Positions 19,429-27,952 are shown, numbered from the stretch's first letter. The stretch: 32,000 bases of DNA from Trichodesmium erythraeum IMS101 (GCF_000014265.1 NC_008312.1:4140001-4172000), one strand, 5' to 3'. Notes: generated from the letters alone by a model not told the origin. Numbers and translations: made by a program.

Positions 19429-21774
19429 TTAAAGAGTTCTCCCGCCATCGCAGACAAGACGAAAACCAAAAGTGAGGCTGTGGTCGTCGCGCCTATTATA
19501 GTAGAGGCGAACCGCAGAACGGCAAAAAAGAGGATTGTTGCTCCAAGAACCGCCCCGCAGCGGTGATCGAGCTTTATTTCCATTTAGCCAAACACTGCCA
19601 TCTGTAGGCGCACCATCATAGTTATCATGCCATTCATCAGCACACCATTCCCAAACATTCCCGTGCATATCGTACAAACCAAAACTATTGGGTGGAAAAA
19701 TTCCCACATCTGTTGTTTCTTTTCTATATATTCCTTTTGGCGCATTACCGTAAGTGTAGTTGCCATCATAGTTAACTAACTCAGGTGTTATAGTCTCTCC
19801 AAAATAAAATGGTGTTGTTGTTCCGGCTCGACAAGCATATTCCCATTGACTCTCACTGGGCAAACTATATTTTCTTCCTGTTATTTGTGAGAGTTTCTGA
19901 CAAAATTTTATCGCGTCATTCCAACTTACTCTTTCCACAGGACGACTTGCACCTTTAAACTTAGCAGGGTTATTTCCCATAACTGCTTGCCATTGTGCTT
20001 GAGTAACTACATACTTTCCCATGAAAAATTCCGGCACATCTACATAATGTTGCGGATCTTCGTTATCACGTCTTCCTGCTTCCGTCTCTGGAGACCCCAT
20101 CAAAAACCTACCTCCGGGAATTTTTACCATTTCTAGAGAAACTCTATTACCCAGGTTTTCTGTCATTACTTCTGCTTTACCTTTAGTGCGGCTTATTATT
20201 TTTCCTGTGTTGTTCAGTTTAACAGTGGTAAACTCCTGGGTAACAGTTTTTTGTTGTGGTGGAGTAGAAATATCTGCTGGTTCTAAAAGTGCTTCTTGGT
20301 CAGAAGTAGAAATATTTTCTGTAGATGGTTCCTTGAGAAATCTTTGAGTTAAAACCGTCCCCACAAACCCGCTTCCGGCTAAACCTCCTAATATCAAAAA
20401 TATGCGGCTTATTATTTCTCCTGTGTTGTTCAGTTTAACAGTGGTAAACTCCTGGGTAACAGTTTTTTGTTGTGGTGGAGTAGAAATATCTGCTGGTTCT
20501 AAAAGTGCTTCTTGGTCAGAACTAGAAATATTTTCTGTAGATGGTTCCTTGAAAAATATTTGAGTTAAAACCGTCCCCACAAACCCGCTTCCGGCTAGAC
20601 CTCCTAATATCAATATTTGCCTTCTGGTTTTTTTGCCTGGGAGTTGGGTTTTAGGTATAGATCTAGTTGGAGTTTTTGCTTTTGGCTTTGGTTCCGACTT
20701 TGGTTTCGACCTTCCTTGTGGCTTTCCTTGTGGCTTTCCTTGTGGTTTTGATGGAGTTTGAATATTTAAACTTTCTAATAATTCTGTTGACTTTGGTGGT
20801 TGAGTTTCTGAAGTAGGTAAATTCTCAAAATTCTCTGGTTTTGGACTAAATGGAAACTGACTAAAATCTCCCAATTTTTCCTGAATAGCTATCTCATTCA
20901 GAGCTTCTATTGCATCTTCATCAGGACCTTGAGCCGCATTAAGTACCATTCTCCAAAGAGACTTAGCCTTTCCAAATTCTCTTTTGCTTTGTGCCCTAAA
21001 TGCATCAAGTTTTAAAGTTGCAATATCAGCTAAAGTTGCATACTTTGGCATCAAAATTAAATGAGATTTTTCCAGAGGATCAATAGTAATACGAGGAGTT
21101 TGTTTTCCCTTATCTTGAGATAATTCTTTCACCCTATATTTTAGGTAATCATTCAGTTTTTCTACAGTTGCTTTTTGACCTTTACTACCTAACCCTTCTA
21201 ATAATGCATAAGTAAAAGCTCCTTGTTGAAATTCTTCTAATTCCCAAGAATATTCATTAGGACTACAAGAAAAAATAGTAATTACTCCCTTTTCAATAGC
21301 TTCCAGTTCTGTTTGTTCTCCTATTCCTTTACCTCCCCTTCTTGCATCACCCTCATCTCTACAAGCATCCAATATCAAAACTACATTATCGGCTCCACAT
21401 TTTTGAAGTTGTTGAATAATATAATTAACAGAAATTCCACTTTTTTGAACATTTTTATAACCATCAACAGGAATGAGATAATCAATACCATTCTCTCTAA
21501 GACCATGACCACTAAAAAAAAACCAAAAATTATCACCAATACCCATAAATGGTTCTTTAAACTGATTTTCTAACAAGAATTCTAAATTAGAACGAGTTGG
21601 GCGAGTATAATCACCATTAATCTCTGGAGAATAATCTGAGTAGTAAAGAACCTCATCAAAACCTGCTTCTTCCAGCAAAAAATTCCTCATCTTTTCAGCA
21701 TCATTAGCTGCATATTTCAGAGGAGAAAAAAACTGATATTTCTGAACACCTATAGTAATTGCTTTATTAGTCAT
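19429..21774 (-). CDS. Caspase-like peptidase (C14) - Pro/Lys-rich linker - duplicated TM segment - FGE-sulfatase (SUMF1/lectin-fold) domain protein
   Basis: The N-terminus has a caspase His/Cys dyad context (FFFSGHG ... VLILDACRDEG). The C-terminus reads GRFLMGSPETE...RVSWNDAIKFCQKLS...GLYDMHGNVWEWCADEW...LRGGSW...CRSA.R...GFRLVC, typical of the FGE-sulfatase fold. The hydrophobic segment ILILGGLAGSGFVGTVLTQ occurs twice. Confidence 0.85.
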   Translation of the reverse strand: MTNKAITIGVQKYQFFSPLKYAANDAEKMRNFLLEEAGFDEVLYYSDYSPEINGDYTRPTRSNLEFLLENQFKEPFMGIGDNFWFFFSGHGLRENGIDYLIPVDGYKNVQKSGISVNYIIQQLQKCGADNVVLILDACRDEGDARRGGKGIGEQTELEAIEKGVITIFSCSPNEYSWELEEFQQGAFTYALLEGLGSKGQKATVEKLNDYLKYRVKELSQDKGKQTPRITIDPLEKSHLILMPKYATLADIATLKLDAFRAQSKREFGKAKSLWRMVLNAAQGPDEDAIEALNEIAIQEKLGDFSQFPFSPKPENFENLPTSETQPPKSTELLESLNIQTPSKPQGKPQGKPQGRSKPKSEPKPKAKTPTRSIPKTQLPGKKTRRQILILGGLAGSGFVGTVLTQIFFKEPSTENISSSDQEALLEPADISTPPQQKTVTQEFTTVKLNNTGEIISRIFLILGGLAGSGFVGTVLTQRFLKEPSTENISTSDQEALLEPADISTPPQQKTVTQEFTTVKLNNTGKIISRTKGKAEVMTENLGNRVSLEMVKIPGGRFLMGSPETEAGRRDNEDPQHYVDVPEFFMGKYVVTQAQWQAVMGNNPAKFKGASRPVERVSWNDAIKFCQKLSQITGRKYSLPSESQWEYACRAGTTTPFYFGETITPELVNYDGNYTYGNAPKGIYRKETTDVGIFPPNSFGLYDMHGNVWEWCADEWHDNYDGAPTDGSVWLNGNKARSPLRGGSWSNNPLFCRSAVRLYYNRRDDHSLTFGFRLVCDGGRTL
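19465..19560 (-). other. Candidate DGR variable region (VR) at the extreme 3' end of the FGE-sulfatase domain
   Basis: Coding-strand codons read ctg cgg ggc ggt tct tgg agc aac aat cct ctt ttt tgc cgt tct gcg gtt cgc ctc tac tat aat agg cgc gac gac cac agc ctc act ttt ggt ttt cgt. Non-framework codons are almost all NNY and can be derived from AAY. No TR or RT is seen in the window. Confidence 0.4.
20188..20619 (-). repeat. In-frame 216-bp tandem duplication (2 x 72 codons) inside the caspase/FGE-sulfatase gene
   Basis: 20188..20396 aligns with 20404..20612 with about 5 mismatches by eye. The encoded units are ILILGGLAGSGFVGTVLTQIFFKEPSTENISSSDQEALLEPADISTPPQQKTVTQEFTTVKLNNTGEIISR and a near-identical second copy. 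Confidence 0.9.
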
Positions 21775-22180
21775 CCTTTCTCTGCTGTCGTTTAAACTTC
21801 AGCTTAATAGCACCTTTCCCACCAGCTTGGGCCCCATTTCCTAAAATACTAATTTTTCCTTCTCCATTTACTTCAACTGAAAGCTCAATTTCATCCAAAG
21901 CAATTTCATTACGAGTTTGTTTTTCAGCCCTAGTTAATAACCGCTCAACAACGTCAATTAAATGACTCATTTCTGATTCTAGAGTATCTACTTTAACTTC
22001 AAATTCTCCAACATTTTGAACTTTACTTTTATCTGATAATTTAGAAGAATTGCTATGAGAAAATTTAGGAGTAGGTGGAATAAAAGTATCAAGGCTTTTA
22101 GCTCCATCTTTCTGACTATTTTGATTAGTATCAGGAATATTAGCATCACCATAAGTAATAATTCTAATTGTGTCTGACAT
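21767..22180 (-). CDS. Small protein with a trypco2-like (trypsin-co-occurring domain 2 / CU044_2847-like) C-terminal region
   Basis: 137-aa ORF. Its C-terminal LDEIELSVEVNGEGKISILGNGAQAGGKGAIKLKFKR resembles the beta-rich trypco2 signature as I remember it. Its stop overlaps the caspase gene start (ATGACTAA). Confidence 0.55.
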   Translation of the reverse strand: MSDTIRIITYGDANIPDTNQNSQKDGAKSLDTFIPPTPKFSHSNSSKLSDKSKVQNVGEFEVKVDTLESEMSHLIDVVERLLTRAEKQTRNEIALDEIELSVEVNGEGKISILGNGAQAGGKGAIKLKFKRQQRKDD

Positions 22181-22777
22181 AAAAGTTATTTCTCCTTAAC
22201 TACTTTTTATCTATCCGCCTCAAAAGAAGACCGACATTATAAATAATTTTAGCATAGGTTAAGTTTTCATCAATCCCTAAAAAGTAACTTTTCCTCGGAA
22301 GAGAGCTTAACCCACCGCAACTATTTTTGGGAGGGGAGCTTGTTGTCGCCGTGAGGGTACCTGATCAACCTGAAATATGCTGTATGTGTTCTGGTACTTA
22401 TTATTTAGAAAAATTCCTAAAGCCCCTTTCAAATTGATGAACTGCATCGCCATCACCAAAACCTTTTAGGAACCTTGCATATAGGGAACTTACATCAGGT
22501 TGTCTCACTGTGTTCTACCGAGATCAAAACTACTGTAACCACAAGCATTACTCCATGGAACCCCATAATTCTAATTTTCAAACTGCAAACACCACAAATA
22601 GGTAGCCGCTTATTTTGAGAACAGTTGAATACCTCGCCGTTTTTTCAAGTTAAGTACAAAGTTCCAAAAAAAAAGAGAGCCTTTAAACCAAATTTTTAGG
22701 TAAATAATTTTGTGTAAATACTGAAAACATAATTTATTAATTTCCTTCTTTACTTATTGCTAAAAATTAATTCTTAA

Positions 22778-24304
22778 TTAATTCCTTCTACGATTATTAT
22801 TTCTACGATTATTTCCACCACCACCTAAAAATAAATTAGAGGCATCCTGTTGTAAAGAACGGAAAAACAGCAACAATTCCAGGGAACTTCTGACAGGAAG
22901 TGTATATTTTTCAAATAAATAATTAATTTGATTAATCCAAGTACGGTCAATCACAACTATATCCTCATTCTGAAGTAAAATATTTTGAGAACTATCCCCA
23001 AATATCGCTTTTTTACCATTCAGTTCTCGCCTAATTATTTTGCTTTTTTCCTTATCAAATCTAATTAAATTAATTGCCTCCAAATGTGCTGAGTCTACCG
23101 CTATACCATTGAGAATATCTATTAATTTGCTACCATTTGGAAGATTAGTAGTAGCCAAAGTATCATTAGGATGACTAAAAATACGAACAGTAATTTGTTG
23201 TTGACTCAAAGTTGACTTAGCAACTAACTCCCGGTTATAACCAAAATCTGATCCTGGTTCTAGTGGAGGCACAATGATAGCATCCCCATCCTTTAAAGGA
23301 ATATTAGGCAAGTCAGTAGAATTTTGCAAAGGAGTATATAAATCAATTATTTCCTCGATCACACTACCATCACCTAAAGTCCGCCGAACTAAAATTCTGC
23401 GCAGATCCGCAGTTAGAGAAGCGCCACCAGCAGCGAACAAAGCAGAAGATACCTGACTTGCAGGGTAATAACCAGGTCGAGTCACTTCTCCATTTACAGT
23501 AATAATACCAGTAGTTAAAGCCCCTGCCTGACTATAGTTAGTGAGTAGTTCTCTGTCTTTCTCTTCAGGTTTAATAGACTTGAGAGAAGGTATAATGACT
23601 ACATCCCCATCTTCTAAGCGTAAATTAGGAGGAGGACCACCTTCCTGTAGTGGAGTTAAAATATTTACTATCTGACTAACTATAGAGCCATCAGCTAAAG
23701 TCCGACGCACCTCTATATTCCGTAGGTCTGCTGTAAAAGTTGTTCCACCTGCTGCCGAGAGAGCATCTGAAATTTGATAATTTCCTCCTACTGGATAATA
23801 ACCAGGTCTTGTAATTTCTCCAGCTATAGTGACTCGGACCGGACGTTGTACAACCAAAGATATTGATACTTCTGCATCAATGATAAATTGACTGAGGCCA
23901 GAAGTAATTTTTGCGATCGCCTCTGATATAGTTAAATTTTGCAATAGCACAGTTCCGATCAGAGGCATTTGAATTGTACCTTCAGGACCTATAGCTATTG
24001 TTACATTTAAATCAGGAAATCTTTGAACTTGAATTGAAAGTTGATCTCCAGGTCCGAGCAAATAACGTCTGAGTCGTAAATTTGGATCCGAGTCGAAATT
24101 AGGATCTAAAGGCGGAGAGCCTATAGATGGATATTTTATATTATTATTATTTTGTGAAATATTTGGTTGAGAATTATTAGGTAATTGAAGTTGCCCATAA
24201 GCAATTTTGGGAAAAATTAATCCAGCTAAAGTAATGGTTATAGTACTAGAATAAAAGTTTGCTAAAAATAAATAAATTAACTTTCGATAATAGTCATTAA
24301 TCAT
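22778..24304 (-). CDS. Polysaccharide export protein (Wza-like; Poly_export plus two SLBB domains)
   Basis: 508-aa ORF with an N-terminal hydrophobic signal and LGPGDQLSIQV. Two SLBB-like units follow: GE(I/V)TRPGYYP...AAGG...ADLR.I.VRRTL.DGS...L.DGD..I(I/V)P. The tail is a low-complexity GGGGNNRRNNNRRRN. Confidence 0.85.
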   Translation of the reverse strand: MINDYYRKLIYLFLANFYSSTITITLAGLIFPKIAYGQLQLPNNSQPNISQNNNNIKYPSIGSPPLDPNFDSDPNLRLRRYLLGPGDQLSIQVQRFPDLNVTIAIGPEGTIQMPLIGTVLLQNLTISEAIAKITSGLSQFIIDAEVSISLVVQRPVRVTIAGEITRPGYYPVGGNYQISDALSAAGGTTFTADLRNIEVRRTLADGSIVSQIVNILTPLQEGGPPPNLRLEDGDVVIIPSLKSIKPEEKDRELLTNYSQAGALTTGIITVNGEVTRPGYYPASQVSSALFAAGGASLTADLRRILVRRTLGDGSVIEEIIDLYTPLQNSTDLPNIPLKDGDAIIVPPLEPGSDFGYNRELVAKSTLSQQQITVRIFSHPNDTLATTNLPNGSKLIDILNGIAVDSAHLEAINLIRFDKEKSKIIRRELNGKKAIFGDSSQNILLQNEDIVVIDRTWINQINYLFEKYTLPVRSSLELLLFFRSLQQDASNLFLGGGGNNRRNNNRRRN

Positions 24305-24430
24305 AATTTTTAACTAGTTTTGTTTGATGCAATTTTCTTATTACAATAAGTAACTATTCATTGATTTTAACTATGTGATATGTGAAAAGTTAGAGTAACT
24401 TAATCTAATTGTAATTTTGATATTTAAGGA

Positions 24431-25150
24431 TTATTTGAATGCGTTTTTTATCAGTGACGCTTGAGTTTTTTGCCCAATAGAAATGAGCTCTGGGAGATAG
24501 GGATCTATATCTGTTAGAGGTTCGATAGGAAATATAATACTTACTGCTACCCAAGGCATGCGCTTTTTAGAAGCCATAGCGAATCTATCAGCCCAAAACC
24601 AATCCCTAGGTTCTGGACTTCCTCCTCCAGGCCAAGCATACCACTGCATAATTGCATAAGTTTGTTCACTTGTCCAACCTCGAAAGAATCTAGCCTTTAT
24701 ATTAGGATATTGTTTTTTTATCTCTGTAGTTCCATTATCATCTTCTACTGTTTTCAAAGTAAATTTAACAGTCTTTTGGGAATCTATTTTCCAACGATTA
24801 AGCCCACTTATATCCATCCATTCTACTTGAGGCTTGTCTTCTGGTCCATTAGGAGTTAACAGTAAAAAAACTATTTCTCTAGTATCATTTTTAACTTTTT
24901 GCAGTAACCATTTATGATTAGAAATTATCAATTGTTGACGATATATTATTGGCAAACCAGAAATAGTTAATCCGTCTTTTCTTATTTGTCTTAAACTTTT
25001 TAAATAAGGTATAGAGGCTGTATTTTCCCATGACCATTTTCCTGCTATATAACCAGGCAAAGTTCCTACTACTAAAATAATTAGCAGAAATAGTACTAAG
25101 ATCACTTGTGGAAATTGATGTTTTTGTAATTTATTGAAAGGATAAAGCAT
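24431..25150 (-). CDS. Exosortase system-associated (EpsI-like) protein
   Basis: 239-aa ORF with a single N-terminal TM (VILVLFLLIILVVGTLPGYI). It lies immediately downstream of, and co-oriented with, the exosortase gene. Assignment is mainly by context. Confidence 0.55.
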   Translation of the reverse strand: MLYPFNKLQKHQFPQVILVLFLLIILVVGTLPGYIAGKWSWENTASIPYLKSLRQIRKDGLTISGLPIIYRQQLIISNHKWLLQKVKNDTREIVFLLLTPNGPEDKPQVEWMDISGLNRWKIDSQKTVKFTLKTVEDDNGTTEIKKQYPNIKARFFRGWTSEQTYAIMQWYAWPGGGSPEPRDWFWADRFAMASKKRMPWVAVSIIFPIEPLTDIDPYLPELISIGQKTQASLIKNAFK

Positions 25151-25262
25151 AATAAAAACCTCTGATATTTGGTGATAATTTTGATATTAAATCTAGTTAA
25201 ATTAAATCTCATCAAGAAATAAATAAATAAATAAATACTTCTAATTTAATAAATAACCCTAT

Positions 25263-26156
25263 CTATATATCAGATTTATTGGGAAAATCAAGTGAGCTTA
25301 TGAGATAATTATCTACCCATTTCATAATTATAATTAATAAAACCAAAATACCAGCAGAATACATATCACCACCCCATCCATCATGTAACCAATGAAAAGC
25401 TTCATCCTGACCTGTACCATGAAAAATTGTTAGTACAGTATTTCTGAAAATATTTGCACTGACACTAAGTAATACTGCACTAACCAGTAAAAAAGTAGTC
25501 TGAATACGACTCCCTATCGCTCCATTCCAATAAAGTAACATTAAAGAAAAATAGAGACTAGTAAATAACATTTTTAAACCTACACAATGGGGTGCAACCT
25601 CAACAATTTTACCACCGACATATAAATATATTTGATCAATAGTAACGTTCATCTGCAACTGAATCAAAATAAACCCAGCAATTCCAGCAATAAACTTTTG
25701 TAGAGGTAAAGCATAAGGCTCAATTAAATAGGGAATACTATTAGGACTAGCAAGCAAAATAAATAGTAATGGCATACCCATTAATTTCAATCCAGGCATT
25801 CCTTTAAACCAAAGGCAAATTCCTACCAACATTATGATCAAAGATAAGTTGATCAAGTCTGGAATAGCACTGATATACCAAACTCCTGCAATTCCTAATA
25901 ATACTGCTCCCAAGGGATGAAAAACATTAGCTAAATTTTGCCATTTTTGCCTATTAGTCCAAGCAATATAACCAGCAAAAGGTAAGCCTATTATTCCATG
26001 ACTAAAATATTCATGTTCTACACTAATACTTTTATTTAGCCATCCATCGTACCAATACATGATCAGAGGAGCATACATCAAAAATATTAAGACAGCGATC
26101 GCTACTGTCAGTAAGTTTTGTTCAAGAGCAATAATAAATTTTTGACGAGTTGACAT
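25263..26156 (-). CDS. Exosortase (cyanoexosortase-type; the A versus B subtype cannot be resolved by eye)
   Basis: 297-aa polytopic membrane ORF. It carries exosortase-like Cys (APHCVGLKMLF), Arg (NIFRNTVL) and His (FHWLHDGWGG) motifs in the expected order. Confidence 0.75.
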   Translation of the reverse strand: MSTRQKFIIALEQNLLTVAIAVLIFLMYAPLIMYWYDGWLNKSISVEHEYFSHGIIGLPFAGYIAWTNRQKWQNLANVFHPLGAVLLGIAGVWYISAIPDLINLSLIIMLVGICLWFKGMPGLKLMGMPLLFILLASPNSIPYLIEPYALPLQKFIAGIAGFILIQLQMNVTIDQIYLYVGGKIVEVAPHCVGLKMLFTSLYFSLMLLYWNGAIGSRIQTTFLLVSAVLLSVSANIFRNTVLTIFHGTGQDEAFHWLHDGWGGDMYSAGILVLLIIIMKWVDNYLISSLDFPNKSDI

Positions 26157-26809
26157 ATTTTTTAGTTTTATTGTTTACTATTTCAAAAGTTCAAAATCTG
26201 TCTTTAGGATTTAATTAGTAATTATTTTGATAGTTATAGATCAGGACTTTATTCTTCTGATATCGAAAAAAGTGCCAGTTAGTCTAAAAGCTCACAAAAT
26301 GAGAGTATTAGGATTTTTGGCAAAATAATTATAGAGGACAGCAAAGGACAAAGATATCTGATTACTTCCTCTATAATACCAATTATTAAGCGCTTGGCTC
26401 GACTTTAGTTTAACATTAATAAATACTATTTATAAATGGCATTCATTAATTATTATTTATGTGTCATCTATCTAGTAATTTGGAATACATTGGTAGAGCT
26501 ATGTAACTATTTTTTTTAATGGAAATTAAACCATTTTTTTCTGAATCATAATTTTCTACTTATTACTACCTAAAATATTTTTTTCTAGCTATTTTAAAAG
26601 AAAATATTAATTTAAAAATAGTTAAATTATTAGACAATAAAAAGTCATATTATATGTTTCTATTTACCCTAGTTGAAAACTTAAATTACTGATTTTAAAT
26701 GATATTTTTATAATAGTATCATAAATTTAAAATCAATTAAATAATTAATTAGGGAAAAAGAATTTTTATTATGTATTTCATACAAAGCTGATAGCTTTTT
26801 ACTTAACAC

Positions 26810-27952
26810 TTACTGACTGATAATTTGAATAATTGTCTCAACAACAAGATTAATTTGTTCTTCACTAATTACAGGATACATAGGTAAAGATAAAATCTGT
26901 TGACTCAGAGTTTCACTGTTAGGAAAATCTCCTTTTTTATAGCCTAAGTGTTGATAAGCTGGTTGGAGATGACAGGGTATAGGGTAATGGATACCAACAG
27001 AAATTCCTGCTACTCCTAATTTATCTTTCAGAGTATCGCGGTCTATTGGAGACTTGTCAGTAATTCGAATCACATATAAATGATAAATATGCCCAGTACC
27101 ACTCAAATTCTGTATCGGAATAATACCTTTCTCTTTCATCGGACTGAGGAGGGTATCGTATTTTTGAGCTGCTTGGTTGCGATCGCTATTCCAACCTTTC
27201 AAGTAAGGAAGCTTAACATTTAGTACTGCTGCTTGTAAAGTATCTAATCTACTATTAGTACCTAATTCCTCATAGACATATTTACGAGGAGCACCATAAT
27301 TACGAAGCATTCGCATTTTACTTGCTACCTTTTGGTCACTAGTAACGACCATACCTCCATCCCCAAAACAACCTAAATTTTTACTAGGATAAAAGCTAAA
27401 TGCAGCAGCAGTTCCAATACTTCCAGCACGATATCCTTCTCTTTGAGCCAAATGAGCCTGAGCTGCATCCTCAAATATAATGAGCTTATTAGCTTGAGCA
27501 AAGTCTAGTAATTTACTGGGAGCTACCATTTGACCATAAAGATGTACTGGCAATATTACCTTAGTTTTGTTTGTGACAGCTTTTTGAGCAATTTCTAAAT
27601 CAATTAATGCTGTTTCCTCATCGCAGTCTACTAGCACTGGGGTCGCACCAGTATGAAGTACACCTATTAAAGTAGCAATAAATGTATTAGCTGGTAAAAT
27701 TACCTCATCTCCTGCACTAACACCACAAGCTTGAAGTCCAAGTGCTATAGCATCTGTGCCACAAGCAACTCCAATAGCATTTTCAACTCCACAAGTTGTA
27801 GCAAATGAGGATTCAAACTTTGCCACTGCTTGACCAAGTATAAAGTCTCCTCTTTCTAATACTTCCTGAATTGATTTTTTGAACTCACTTTCTAGTGGTT
27901 GATGTTGTAATTTTAGGTCAATGAAAGGAATATTTTTTAGCATTATGTTCAA
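26810..27952 (-). CDS. DegT/DnrJ/EryC1/StrS-family PLP-dependent sugar aminotransferase
   Basis: 380-aa ORF with IPFIDLKLQH, GDEVILPANTFIAT and the PLP-lysine context AFSFYPSKNLG. Confidence 0.9.
   Translation of the reverse strand: MNIMLKNIPFIDLKLQHQPLESEFKKSIQEVLERGDFILGQAVAKFESSFATTCGVENAIGVACGTDAIALGLQACGVSAGDEVILPANTFIATLIGVLHTGATPVLVDCDEETALIDLEIAQKAVTNKTKVILPVHLYGQMVAPSKLLDFAQANKLIIFEDAAQAHLAQREGYRAGSIGTAAAFSFYPSKNLGCFGDGGMVVTSDQKVASKMRMLRNYGAPRKYVYEELGTNSRLDTLQAAVLNVKLPYLKGWNSDRNQAAQKYDTLLSPMKEKGIIPIQNLSGTGHIYHLYVIRITDKSPIDRDTLKDKLGVAGISVGIHYPIPCHLQPAYQHLGYKKGDFPNSETLSQQILSLPMYPVISEEQINLVVETIIQIISQ

Noticed and set aside
19254-19769. Track ORFs 19254..19583 and 19584..19769 on the minus strand
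   Set aside because: They are alternative frames overlapping the well-supported FGE-sulfatase domain of the 781-aa ORF and its 3' flank.
21313-21573. 86-aa plus-strand track ORF
   Set aside because: It is antisense within the caspase domain coding region and its translation is low-complexity.
22330-22400. A stretch (ggggagcttgttgtcgccgtgagggtacctgatcaacctga) faintly resembling a TPP-riboswitch core
   Set aside because: - The order and sequence of the conserved elements (CUGAGA ... ACCUGAUC ... GCG.AGGGA) do not match.
- No plus-strand gene lies downstream.
23274-23456. 60-aa plus-strand track ORF
   Set aside because: It is antisense within the Wza-like gene.
24662-24859. 65-aa plus-strand track ORF
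   Set aside because: It is antisense within the EpsI-like gene.
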